This document shows positions 17,030 through 25,966 of a stretch of DNA of 32,000 bases, piece by piece. Source of the DNA: Candidatus Scalindua sp. (lineage in GTDB: Bacteria; Planctomycetota; Brocadiia; Brocadiales; Scalinduaceae); NCBI GenBank assembly GCA_031316235.1, contig JALDRA010000001.1:1050001-1082000 (forward strand), read 5' to 3'. Within the stretch, counting starts at the first letter, position 1, and each line of letters opens with the position of its first letter. Below the pieces are notes generated by a model. It saw nothing but the letters and a program-made list of their open reading frames with translations, had not been told where the DNA came from and searched no databases. Made by a program: the position numbers and the translations under genes.

Positions 17030-18085
17030 TCAGGGAAACTTCAACCAGATATTTTCAAACAAAACCGTTCCGAAAAGGAAACAGATACTCACCACGGTAG
17101 GAAAAAAGAACAGATCCTTTTTCTTCAACACCTGTTCAGCGACAATCCTGTCCTTCTCAATCCTGTTTATCTCTCCATAAAACTCTTCCACCTCTTCATA
17201 GTTCTCTGCCTCAAAATATTTCCCACCGGTTGATTCTACACCCTTTTTCAAAGATGCTATTCTTTCTTCAGCCTGCTCATATTCCACACCGGTTTCACCA
17301 GATGCAGGTACCGAGATTACGTATGTCTTAATCCCCAACCTGCTGGCAAAACGAAGAGGCCTTACCGGATCCATGCCAACATTATAAATGCCATCGGTAA
17401 ATAAAACTATTACCTTATTCTTCATTGTACCCTTTTTCTCAACCATTTTTATAAAATCGATAGCGTACTCCCCCAGCCCATTCACTTTGTTTATGCTGTT
17501 TCTGATTTTATTAATCTCATAGGATTGCCCCAAATCACTTTCAACAAGAGCAAGAATAGAGGTGAAAACCCCTTCACCAATAGCAGTCCTGACACCAACA
17601 AGTTGAGGCTGAATCCGGTCTAATGACTTATCCAAAAGTGGCGTCTCCCATGTAGGCAGGACGATAAGAGCAGCATCCGTACCATAAATCGTTATACCTA
17701 TCATGTCATTACTTCTCTGTTTTATAAAATCTTTTGAAATATCCTTTATTTTCTCCATCGCTTCCCCCGTCATACTAAACGATGTATCAATTGAAAGCAT
17801 TATTTCACGCCCTTGAAATGTTGTCTCGGTTTCATAATAATCTGACTGGGGCTTAGAAAAGGCAATGGTTGCAAAAACGATAGAAAAAAAACATAAATAC
17901 CGAGGCACGTGCAGGAGAAACATTTTCATACTTGCTGTACCCTTCAGGTGAGAAACACTTGAATATCCGAGATATTTTTTCTCCCTCTTGAAAAATAGAA
18001 GGAAAACAAAGGGAATTAAAGCCAGCAGGAAGACGGGATGTTCAAAATTCAATAGAGACCACTCCCCGATGTTCAATAAAAACAT
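17030..18085 (-). CDS. vWA domain membrane protein, BatA-like
   Basis: 351 aa. The BatA-type N-terminus is F.HP.FLLALIPFVFLLFF. The vWA MIDAS motif is LSIDTSFSM ... VLFTDGIYN. A C-terminal TM is present. Confidence 0.8.
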   Translation of the reverse strand: MFLLNIGEWSLLNFEHPVFLLALIPFVFLLFFKREKKYLGYSSVSHLKGTASMKMFLLHVPRYLCFFSIVFATIAFSKPQSDYYETETTFQGREIMLSIDTSFSMTGEAMEKIKDISKDFIKQRSNDMIGITIYGTDAALIVLPTWETPLLDKSLDRIQPQLVGVRTAIGEGVFTSILALVESDLGQSYEINKIRNSINKVNGLGEYAIDFIKMVEKKGTMKNKVIVLFTDGIYNVGMDPVRPLRFASRLGIKTYVISVPASGETGVEYEQAEERIASLKKGVESTGGKYFEAENYEEVEEFYGEINRIEKDRIVAEQVLKKKDLFFFPTVVSICFLFGTVLFENIWLKFP

Positions 18086-18225
18086 CGTATAAAAGACCCG
18101 GGAATCAGCAAATAACCCAAAGAAGATAGTTCTCGAAAAAAATCAAAAGCTTACATTTGGCGTTCTTTGCGGCTTTCCGGTTAAAAACCAATGATGCGGT
18201 GTGTCAATTTTTGTAGAATACTCTT

Positions 18226-19629
18226 CTAATAATACCCACGCTTTTTCGCTTCTACCAAAAGATCTTTTATCTGATTAACACCTTTTTCCAGCACTATCTT
18301 ATCGATGTCTCCAAAGATCGCCACATCAAATGATTTCATTGCATGAGATGCCGATTCAATGAGTATATTTGCCAGCATTTTGCTTCTCAGCACTTTGATC
18401 ATTTTCGTAGTCGTAAACGAAAGAGCCTGATCCGCTGGAACTTCTACCAAAGACCCCAAAAACACTCGTAAAGCACGCCCTGTATTGATCACCGTTTTCC
18501 TCAATTCATTCTCCTCTGCTTCGAAACTAAAACCTTCAACAAGCGCTTCAAGTCTTTCTGCATGCACCATTGGTGACTCGGCAACCTTCTCTTTTACTAT
18601 CCTTGAAATTCTACCACCATATTTTCGTACCTCTAATACACCCAGAAAAATAATTATTATCCCTCCAAAAATAACGGGAAGATGCCCCCTTAAACTTATA
18701 ATCCTTTGAGGATATGGTTCGATCCCCTTGATGCTCTCAAGTGGCACATCTATCTTTTTCAGAACACTATTTATTAAAATTGGAACAGCAGGGGCATTTA
18801 TCTGTTGTGTTTCGAACAGTGTTTCACCCTCTTCCTGTCCCAGGGATTCTTCAGTTTTCTTGTAATAGAGAATAGGAAACGAGGGGATCTCAAGCATATT
18901 CTCTTCTTCCGCCAGATCATACACAGAGATTTCATAATCAACAATTAACTTTTGCAACCTACCGTCTACCTCTGCTTCATATTTACAATCAAGGAGTGTA
19001 AACGGATCAATGTTACATCTCTGCAAATTTTCTTTTAAGATCTCAAGATATCTTTCATGGAAGATCGTTAATTGATAGCGTACCCTGTCCCCAAGATTTA
19101 CTACGTCTTTATCCACTGCAGCCTCTATCATGATTGGAACCTTTTTCATCGCAACGGGACTCGTTTTTGCTTCTCCTACAGCGTCATTCGCTTCATCCTT
19201 ATACGGAATAGTAAAGGAAGGTATTGTATACACGCCCTCTTCGAGTTCCTCAGGCAATGACAGCATAAATGTGACAAGCTGGTAGTCCCTATCGTTATTA
19301 AAAATTTCCCTCTCTCCAATTGTAACGTCCTCAACCTTAAACGGAGAGAGATTTACCTCTTTAAATTGATCAGTATTTACGCTGATTCCTAATTTCCATA
19401 AAAGTTGTACCGTTAAATGTATCATTTTGCCGGATACAAATCGGTAGTTTTCGACAAATGTCCAAAGCTCTACTGGTTCGCTGATCTCAAGCTTTTCCTT
19501 CTCTTCCTGCTGCCCGTAACCAATCACATCAATATCTGATTCGGCAATCTTTTCCCCTGAATCAGCATCTTGTGCCCAGCTGCGCGGACTGTTAAGGAAG
19601 AACACAAAGAAACAAAAACATATAATCAA
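18226..19629 (-). CDS. Secreted/membrane-anchored hypothetical protein; BatD-like ectodomain plus DUF4381-like TM/cytoplasmic tail (tentative)
   Basis: 467 aa. It has a signal peptide (...NSPRSWA|QD) and two repeated modules ending in GVYTIPSFTIPY and MLEIPSFPILYY. A single TM (PVIFGGIIIIFLGVL) is followed by a ~130-aa tail. It occupies the slot after DUF58 in a MoxR operon. Confidence 0.55.
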   Translation of the reverse strand: MIICFCFFVFFLNSPRSWAQDADSGEKIAESDIDVIGYGQQEEKEKLEISEPVELWTFVENYRFVSGKMIHLTVQLLWKLGISVNTDQFKEVNLSPFKVEDVTIGEREIFNNDRDYQLVTFMLSLPEELEEGVYTIPSFTIPYKDEANDAVGEAKTSPVAMKKVPIMIEAAVDKDVVNLGDRVRYQLTIFHERYLEILKENLQRCNIDPFTLLDCKYEAEVDGRLQKLIVDYEISVYDLAEEENMLEIPSFPILYYKKTEESLGQEEGETLFETQQINAPAVPILINSVLKKIDVPLESIKGIEPYPQRIISLRGHLPVIFGGIIIIFLGVLEVRKYGGRISRIVKEKVAESPMVHAERLEALVEGFSFEAEENELRKTVINTGRALRVFLGSLVEVPADQALSFTTTKMIKVLRSKMLANILIESASHAMKSFDVAIFGDIDKIVLEKGVNQIKDLLVEAKKRGYY

Positions 19630-19637
19630 AACCTTCT

Positions 19638-20492
19638 TTACTTTCTTAATCGACTTCTTCTCCTTAATTTTTTATCAAAATACTCTAATAGCAACCTTGC
19701 CCATTGTTCCTCATCCTGATCAGTCCGGAGGGTAAGGCATTCAAGATTAAGCCTGTGAAACAGTTGTTTATTTTGCTGGTTTGATTCGAGCCCCTGAGAC
19801 AAATCAAGATACTTCAATTCATCTGTCTCAAGATCCCTAACCGCCACAAACCCCCGAACCTTTGGAAGAGTCTCATCCCTGAAATCTGAAATTATCATGG
19901 GAACAATGTCATGTTTAGCGGCCAAAGATTTTAACGAGCCCTCATAATTACAGGGTGCGAGAAAATCAGACAGGACAAAGACGAGCGAAGGAGCAGTTTG
20001 CAAAGTATCCAGAAACTCAAAAGCGCAATTCAAGTCTGTGAGTCCTCCACATGCCTTATTACAGGTAAGACTTTCAAATACCTTGAAATTTTCTTTTTGC
20101 CCCGATTGTGGCGGAACATATCTTTCAACCCTGTCAGTAAACGTTATGAAACTTACCTGGTTGCCTGCCTCTGTGGCCGATTGCACAAGGAGAGATATTA
20201 TAGAAGTCTGAATATCCCCCTTGGTAAAACGTGAAGAACCAAATTTCTTTGATCCGCTCCTGTCTATCAGGAAAAAGATGCAGGTCCTTCGATCCACCAA
20301 CTTCAATCTAACATGCAACCGACCTGTCCTTGTAGTCGCCTTCCAATCTATGGATCGAAACTCATCACCTGGTTGATACTGTCGTAATTCATCAAGCTCA
20401 AGGCCCCTGGTCGTCTTTAAAAAACTAAAAAATACCCCTTCAAAAAGGTTTGAAACTAATTTTTGCATGTGGAATCGAATCCGGCTTCTCAA
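19638..20492 (-). CDS. DUF58 domain protein (vWA-like, MoxR-associated)
   Basis: ...RGLELDELRQYQPGDEFRSIDWKATTRTGRLHVRL...IFFLIDRSGS is the DUF58 signature. The start is TTG 20492 or ATG 20468. Confidence 0.85.
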   Translation of the reverse strand: MRSRIRFHMQKLVSNLFEGVFFSFLKTTRGLELDELRQYQPGDEFRSIDWKATTRTGRLHVRLKLVDRRTCIFFLIDRSGSKKFGSSRFTKGDIQTSIISLLVQSATEAGNQVSFITFTDRVERYVPPQSGQKENFKVFESLTCNKACGGLTDLNCAFEFLDTLQTAPSLVFVLSDFLAPCNYEGSLKSLAAKHDIVPMIISDFRDETLPKVRGFVAVRDLETDELKYLDLSQGLESNQQNKQLFHRLNLECLTLRTDQDEEQWARLLLEYFDKKLRRRSRLRK

Positions 20493-20504
20493 GACATTGA
20501 CTCC

Positions 20505-21554
20505 TTATTGTTCAGACTCCAGAATCGGTACCCTGCTCAATACTTCCTCTATGACATCGTCTGGATCTATACCCTGTGACTCGGCCTCGTGGGTCAAGAT
20601 TATCCTGTGTCTCAAAACGAGGTATGCCATTTTGTGAATGTGCTCCGGCAGTATGATATCACTCCCGCTTAAAAATGCACAGACACGAGCCGCTTTTGCC
20701 AGATAAATCGAAGCTCGAGGTGACGCTCCATACATTACCGAGTTATTTACATTCAAACCATTCACAGCAGATGTATTATTGCCAAAACCATTGTAACCCG
20801 AATTCGGCCTTGTCTCTCTTACAATACGGGTGGTATACTTTAAGATCGGTGATTCCCGGTGTAACGGAATCTTTTTTGCGATAAAGTGCCTTAATGAAAC
20901 TATTTCATCCGGATTCAAAACAACATCCAGCACGACATCTTCATCTTTCACCTGTCTTTCCGCAATCTCCTTCTCTTCGTGAAAAGAGGGGTAATCGATC
21001 TTTATTTTAAACATAAACCTGTCAATTTCAGCCTCAGGCAAGAGGTATGTACCTGAAATTTCTATAGGATTTTGTGTTGCAAGCACAATAAACAACTCTT
21101 CCAGTTTAAAAGTATCTCTTCCGATAGTTACCTGCTTTTCCTGCATACTTTCAAGCAAAGCGCTCTGGACTTTGGCAGGCGCCCGGTTAATCTCATCTGC
21201 AAGGAGTAAATTGGTAAATACCGGGCCTTTTTGAACCGTGCTTCTCCGGGTCTCAGGATCACACAATTCAAAGCCCGTAATATCACTCGGTATCAGATCA
21301 GGTGTAAACTGAACCCGCTGGAATTTTGCATCGATTACCCTTGATAGCGTTTTAACAGTAATAGTCTTTCCTAAGCCAGGAAAACCCTCTAAAAGGATGT
21401 GACCATCAGAAAAAATGGCAATAACTATAGCATCAACCATCTCTTCCTGCCCCACTATGACCTTGCCAACTTCCTTTTTTACCTTCAGGAATTTCTCGTT
21501 GACGTACCGTATATCTTCAAAGTCTTCTTCTTGGACTTCATTAATCAATTTCAC
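20505..21554 (-). CDS. MoxR-family AAA+ ATPase
   Basis: Walker A is EGFPGLGKT and Walker B is LLADEINRAPAKVQSALLE. ...ATQNPIE..GTY.LPEAE.DRF is also present. The start is GTG 21554, or TTG 21548 with better SD spacing. Confidence 0.92.
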   Translation of the reverse strand: MKLINEVQEEDFEDIRYVNEKFLKVKKEVGKVIVGQEEMVDAIVIAIFSDGHILLEGFPGLGKTITVKTLSRVIDAKFQRVQFTPDLIPSDITGFELCDPETRRSTVQKGPVFTNLLLADEINRAPAKVQSALLESMQEKQVTIGRDTFKLEELFIVLATQNPIEISGTYLLPEAEIDRFMFKIKIDYPSFHEEKEIAERQVKDEDVVLDVVLNPDEIVSLRHFIAKKIPLHRESPILKYTTRIVRETRPNSGYNGFGNNTSAVNGLNVNNSVMYGASPRASIYLAKAARVCAFLSGSDIILPEHIHKMAYLVLRHRIILTHEAESQGIDPDDVIEEVLSRVPILESEQ

Positions 21555-21689
21555 CTTCTCCTGTGATCCCCAAAACTGGTGTGCTGAAACCCCTGCGTTT
21601 CAACCAGAACTATCAATCTGAAATCTGATTATCCGTTTATTCTGATAGACATATTCAGGGAGCTATGAACGGGTAGACGTTTCTCCGCA

Positions 21690-21718
21690 ATTATAAAGTG
21701 AGTTCAGCCGGCAATCAA
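21690..21718 (-). promoter_or_regulatory. Putative sigma70-type promoter for the moxR operon
   Basis: The minus strand reads TTGATT (21718-21713), a 17-nt spacer, then TATAAT (21695-21690). Confidence 0.45.
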
Positions 21719-21749
21719 GATTAAATTTTCATCTTATTAAATTTTATTC

Positions 21750-21777
21750 TTGACGGTTAAAAAACCATTGCTAGAAT
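21750..21777 (+). promoter_or_regulatory. Putative sigma70-type promoter for mtnP
   Basis: TTGACG (21750-21755), a 16-nt spacer, then TAGAAT (21772-21777). It lies ~40 nt upstream of ATG 21818. Confidence 0.45.
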
Positions 21778-21817
21778 GACCTTCTTTTATTCTCAACACT
21801 TATAAAGGGTATTTACT

Positions 21818-22678
21818 ATGTCTTATGCAAAGATTGGGATAATCGGAGGAAGTGGATTATATAATATCGATGGACTTACCGATGTCGAGAATATTACCGT
21901 CGAAACCCCTTTCGGTGACGCATCTGAACGGTTCACGGTTGGAGTGCTTGAAGGAAAAAGAGTCGTATTTCTTCCACGTCATGGCAGTACACATAGTATA
22001 CTGCCAGGAGAGTTAAACTTCCGGGCAAACATCTTCGGCATGAAGAAACTTGGAGTGGAGCAAATAATCGCTGTCAGTGCTGTCGGAAGCATGAAAAAAG
22101 AGATCAAGCCGCTTGATATCGTAATTCCTGACCAGTTTATCGACAGAACGAGGGGAAGAATTGACACCTTTTTCGGGAATGGCATTGTCGGACATGTAAG
22201 CGTTGCGGATCCCGTTTGCCCCTGCCTTGCAGATACCCTTTACGAATCAGCAAAAAAAACAGGTGCAACCGTACACAAAGGAGGAACTTACCTGTGCATG
22301 GAAGGACCTCAATTCTCAACAAGAGCAGAGTCTCACGCTTACCGCCAATGGGGAGTAAGCGTGATAGGCATGACAAACCTCCAAGAGGCAAAGCTTGCCC
22401 GTGAAGCAGAGATATGCTACAGCACACTCGCACTCTCCACTGACTATGATTGCTGGTATGAAGAGGAGGAAGACGTTACTGCCGACATGGTCATACAAAA
22501 TCTTCGTAAAAACGTTGATACCGCCAAGGCTATTATCAAGTGTGCACTCCCCCACCTTGCAGAGGAGAGAAAATGTCTGTGTGTCAATGCAGCAAGAGAT
22601 GCAATTATAACTCAAAAAGAGAATGTTCCAAGTGAGGTAAAGGAAAAACTGAACATTATCTTTGGGAAATATCTTTAG
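21818..22678 (+). CDS. mtnP: S-methyl-5'-thioadenosine phosphorylase
   Basis: 286 aa. KIGIIGGSGLY...TPFG...FLPRHG..H...P.E.NFRANI...AVGS...DQFIDRT..R..TFF...GMTN..EAKLAREAEICY...TDYDCW is the MTAP pattern. Confidence 0.92.
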   Translation: MSYAKIGIIGGSGLYNIDGLTDVENITVETPFGDASERFTVGVLEGKRVVFLPRHGSTHSILPGELNFRANIFGMKKLGVEQIIAVSAVGSMKKEIKPLDIVIPDQFIDRTRGRIDTFFGNGIVGHVSVADPVCPCLADTLYESAKKTGATVHKGGTYLCMEGPQFSTRAESHAYRQWGVSVIGMTNLQEAKLAREAEICYSTLALSTDYDCWYEEEEDVTADMVIQNLRKNVDTAKAIIKCALPHLAEERKCLCVNAARDAIITQKENVPSEVKEKLNIIFGKYL

Positions 22679-22803
22679 TGGTCTTACCAAACCAGGAACT
22701 TTTACCCCTCACTGCTAAATGATACATTTCATTGGTAATTTTGCGATGAGCATATTCTGAAATCTGCAATCCGGATTCTGAAATACCTCGATGAACTGTT
22801 ACG

Positions 22804-23070
22804 TTATTTTTTCCCCAACTTAGAGTATTTATAACGCAAGATAAGGATAAAAGCACTAAATAACATGGCTGCCACGTTAGCCCCAATGATTATGATATCC
22901 TTCAGATGGAGACCATAAAAGAGCCACAAGGTAAAGCCAAAGAGCAAAAAAGAGTACATCAGGGGGGAAACATCCTCCAGTTTTTTGGTCCGCATTCCCC
23001 TTATTACCTGAGGGATAAAGCCTGAAGTGGTTCCTATAGCTGCAATAATACCGATAATCTTCCATTCCAT
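22804..23070 (-). CDS. SemiSWEET (PQ-loop/MtN3) small transporter
   Basis: 88 aa with three TM helices and a PQ motif (SGFIPQVIRGMRTKK). Confidence 0.8.
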   Translation of the reverse strand: MEWKIIGIIAAIGTTSGFIPQVIRGMRTKKLEDVSPLMYSFLLFGFTLWLFYGLHLKDIIIIGANVAAMLFSAFILILRYKYSKLGKK

Positions 23071-23162
23071 AAAATTACCCCCCTTCCACCATTCTTAGCA
23101 CATAACAGAATAAAGCCGATTTCCTTCAGGATCAAAAATCTGTATTTTTTATCCATCGGAAC

Positions 23163-23191
23163 ATTCTACTAGAGTTCTGTTTCAACATCAA
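23163..23191 (-). promoter_or_regulatory. Possible promoter for the SemiSWEET gene
   Basis: The minus strand reads TTGATG (23191-23186), a 17-nt spacer, then TAGAAT (23168-23163). Confidence 0.3.
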
Positions 23192-23379
23192 AAAGATTAT
23201 TTCAGTTTAAGGGGCTATTTGGAGACCGTGTTGGTGATTCTGGCAAGTAATTAAAAACTGCATTACCAATAGTTTTTCAAATAAGCTTGTAGGGTCGAAA
23301 ATTACCGGGCGAAATTCAATGCAAAGCTCAGCCACAGCCGCCCCGCGCGGTATTTATCGTCCCGGTGGAGCGATCCTGA

Positions 23380-24711
23380 TCAATCCCCATTCTCTGCCTG
23401 AGGCGAAACAGCCGAGGATCCAGGCAGACCGGCTGCACAGGTCCCGCCAGCGGAAGAAATCGTCCCTCCCGACGTATTAGACCGGTTCCACGGCATCTTG
23501 CCCAGCAGGATGCCCATACCGCACCAGTCGGTGACTCCGGCAAAGATCAAACCTGTGCCGACGAACCCTGAGAGAATCAGAAACGCGGGATGGACAAAAA
23601 AACCCGTGAGCACTCCAAGCAGGATCAGGCTGCCGGCTGCAATCCGCACCTGCCTCTCCAGAGACATGCGAGCCTTGCCCTTAACAGTACTGCCTCCTGC
23701 CTCGACGTATGCTCCCAGGCCCCCCTCGATCACAGATAGTCCCGCCACGTGAAGTTTCTCCAGGGCCTTCCTGGCGGTGGATGCCCGGTTCCCGCTGCGG
23801 CAAAGCAGCATTCGCGGAACGGGTGTGGCCATCACCTCATCGGCGCGCCTCTCGATCTGGTCAAGAGGGATCAGGCGAGAACCCTGGATGTGCTCACCGT
23901 CGAACTCGACTCCGGTACGTACATCAATCACACTGGAAGCCCCACCGGCGGTCACAAGACGGAATGCCTCATCTGCAGATACGGTTGCCTGGATGCTAAC
24001 TCCCTGGCGGTTCAATCTCAGAAGATCGTCCATATTGGCTGGTCTGGGAGGGGGATTGGCAGTGAGCTTCTGCACGAATGTATCACGATTGCTGATTTGC
24101 AGCCATGGGTTCCCCCTTTTCTCTTCCCCCAGCGTGCTCTTGATTCGGTTCCGATAATCATGCCCTGGAAAGAGAATGGTTTCTTCTGGAAAATCAACCA
24201 GCAGTGCATGGATTGAATCGAAGAGCTGTCCCGCGTCACCGTCCAGAAAGTCCGTACGGGCAACGCCACCAATGAGCAGGGAATCGCCGGAGAAGAACGC
24301 CCCCTCGACGGCCAGACCCATGTGGTCAGGTGTATGGCCGGGCATATAGCGAACCGTGATAACAGATTTACCGAGACAAATCTGTTCGCCGTTTTTGGGG
24401 TGATCGGTGACCCCCGCGTGATTGGCCTTCTCATGAGCCATACGGGTGCATTCAAACTGCGAGGCGATGTCGGCTGCACCTGAGGGATGATCTGCGTGAG
24501 TGTGGGTATCCACAACGTATCGAAGCTTCCAGCCTTCAGACTTCAGCCGCTGAGCCATATTGTGTACAAAATCAAGGTGTACGTCCAGGGCCAGGGCTTC
24601 CCTGCTCGACCGATCAATCAAAAGGTATCCGCGACATCCCTGGGGATGTGCGAAGGGAACAACCTGCAGGGAACCGATGGTCTCAATTTCCCGGGTGACT
24701 GTTTGTGTCAT
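23380..24711 (-). CDS. MBL-fold persulfide dioxygenase-like / rhodanese / DUF2892 (YgaP-like TM) fusion protein
   Basis: The likely start is ATG 24711, with GGAGG 7 nt upstream (MTQTVTRE...). The metal site is HTHTHADH. The rhodanese active loop is CRSGNRAS. The C-terminal membrane segment is VRIAAGSLILLGVLTGFFVHPAFLILSGFVGTGLIFAGVTDWCGM. Confidence 0.88.
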   Translation of the reverse strand: MTQTVTREIETIGSLQVVPFAHPQGCRGYLLIDRSSREALALDVHLDFVHNMAQRLKSEGWKLRYVVDTHTHADHPSGAADIASQFECTRMAHEKANHAGVTDHPKNGEQICLGKSVITVRYMPGHTPDHMGLAVEGAFFSGDSLLIGGVARTDFLDGDAGQLFDSIHALLVDFPEETILFPGHDYRNRIKSTLGEEKRGNPWLQISNRDTFVQKLTANPPPRPANMDDLLRLNRQGVSIQATVSADEAFRLVTAGGASSVIDVRTGVEFDGEHIQGSRLIPLDQIERRADEVMATPVPRMLLCRSGNRASTARKALEKLHVAGLSVIEGGLGAYVEAGGSTVKGKARMSLERQVRIAAGSLILLGVLTGFFVHPAFLILSGFVGTGLIFAGVTDWCGMGILLGKMPWNRSNTSGGTISSAGGTCAAGLPGSSAVSPQAENGD

Positions 24712-24975
24712 ATTGCTGCCTCCATAACATGTATTTCTAAGGAAAACTGAGCACAAGGTGCCACTATCGGACGTTTAACTTTTACACTGCAGTGCTCAGT
24801 ATTATTTTCTTATACCGGTGAAAATATGGCCTATGGATGATTCACCAGATGACTTAGCAGGAGCGCCGCAACCTGAGGAGATTGTACAGGCGCTTAAATT
24901 TACCGGAGAGGGAGGAAAGGGGACAGAAATTTATCCTGTAAGCCTCAAAGTGCAGGTCAATTTATGTATTCCTCA

Positions 24976-25350
24976 CTACACAATAACATGCTTCTGAATA
25001 TAATCTGACAATTTTTCTCTTTCAGATCTCTCTATTTCACTAAAAAAAATGGCCACATTATACGCTGTTATTGCAGGTGTTTTTGAAATGGCTTTTTCCA
25101 CCCTCACAACTACACCATAACACACAACAGATATCTCGCCTTTCTTTTCATCAGAACAAGGCAAACCAAAAACAATCTTGAGCCTCGTCATATATGGTAT
25201 TTTTTCTTTTACCTGACACGAGACCCCAATACAACTCAAATTTACCGTTTCCGTAACAACTACAAAATCGTCGGTCTTAATTTTGAATTGTAACCGTTTT
25301 TTGATTCGAGGGTATTTTCTGTTTTCTATACCTGTATCTTGATGGATCAT
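24976..25350 (-). CDS. PilZ domain protein (putative c-di-GMP receptor)
   Basis: 124 aa with the RxxxR motif (RKYPRIKKR) and the (D/N)xSxxG motif (NLSCIGV). Confidence 0.8.
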   Translation of the reverse strand: MIHQDTGIENRKYPRIKKRLQFKIKTDDFVVVTETVNLSCIGVSCQVKEKIPYMTRLKIVFGLPCSDEKKGEISVVCYGVVVRVEKAISKTPAITAYNVAIFFSEIERSEREKLSDYIQKHVIV

Positions 25351-25619
25351 TTTCGATACCTCAATCTGGCCTGAACCAGATTATACAATGAAAACTTGTC
25401 TACCTGTACCACGCACTGAAGAGAGGCAGTTTTCAAACTCCCCCTCTTTATCATACTAAAGGGGAAACTAACCGTTTTTTCATACACTGGAGTTCTGGTG
25501 GAAAGGTTCCTCTGATAACAATGAACGGTAAAAAAGCCACAGAATGGAACACTGGAGATGCAACATATAGAGGAGCTCCCCCCAGATGTCGATTCAACGT
25601 AAAACAGTCATATATGCCA

Positions 25620-25648
25620 TTAATAAGCTAATTACGCCTGTTTGTCAA
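25620..25648 (-). promoter_or_regulatory. Possible promoter ~270 nt upstream of the PilZ gene
   Basis: The minus strand reads TTGACA (25648-25643), a 17-nt spacer, then TATTAA (25625-25620). Confidence 0.3.
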
Positions 25649-25966
25649 GAAGAATAAAGAGTCTTGGCAGCATAAAATATCCCCAGGAATGGAGCTCAAC
25701 AGTTGATAATACAGAAAAAAGGTACAAAACAAATCAGCCGAAAAGAATCATATAAGGCAAATTTGTTGTCATTAAAGTATATGTTTTCATGCCCAGTCAA
25801 TCAGCTGCCCATCAGAGCAATACATTCTGGCTGGAACCATTCGTTTACTCAACAAGCGCCAGACGAGATATTCAGAACGAACGTCTTCCGCCCAGTTCCA
25901 TTCGGTACGGTCGGCTGATGAAAAGAGAATTAAGGTGAGTTGCTGAATTCTTTCAGCGTTCTCGTT

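Noticed and set aside
20730-20810. An Asn/Gly-rich stretch (PNSGYNGFGNNTSAVNGLNVNNSVMY) in MoxR, before the GASPRA motif.
   Set aside because: It is only about 10 residues longer than the variable linker found at this position in other MoxR proteins. This low-complexity variation is not informative.
22735-22790. A 10-bp palindrome aatccggatt and a duplicated attctgaaat between convergent mtnP and SemiSWEET. I considered it as a bidirectional terminator.
   Set aside because: The stem does not extend beyond the palindrome and has no usable loop or flanking U-tract.
23328-24750. A stack of long overlapping ORFs on both strands (23498..23752, 23709..23999, 23749..24216, 23777..24157, 24018..24515, 24487..24750).
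   Set aside because: This is the expected artefact of a GC-rich segment, where stop codons are few. Only the 23380..24711 frame has coherent MBL, rhodanese and DUF2892 motifs.
24833-24997. An unlisted 54-codon plus-strand ORF (MDDSPDDLAGAPQPEEIVQALKFTGEGGKGTEIYPVSLKVQVN...) between the MBL gene and the PilZ gene.
   Set aside because: It has a weak RBS and no recognisable motif. It overlaps the PilZ 3' end antisense and is below any reasonable length support. It may be worth a BLASTX search only.
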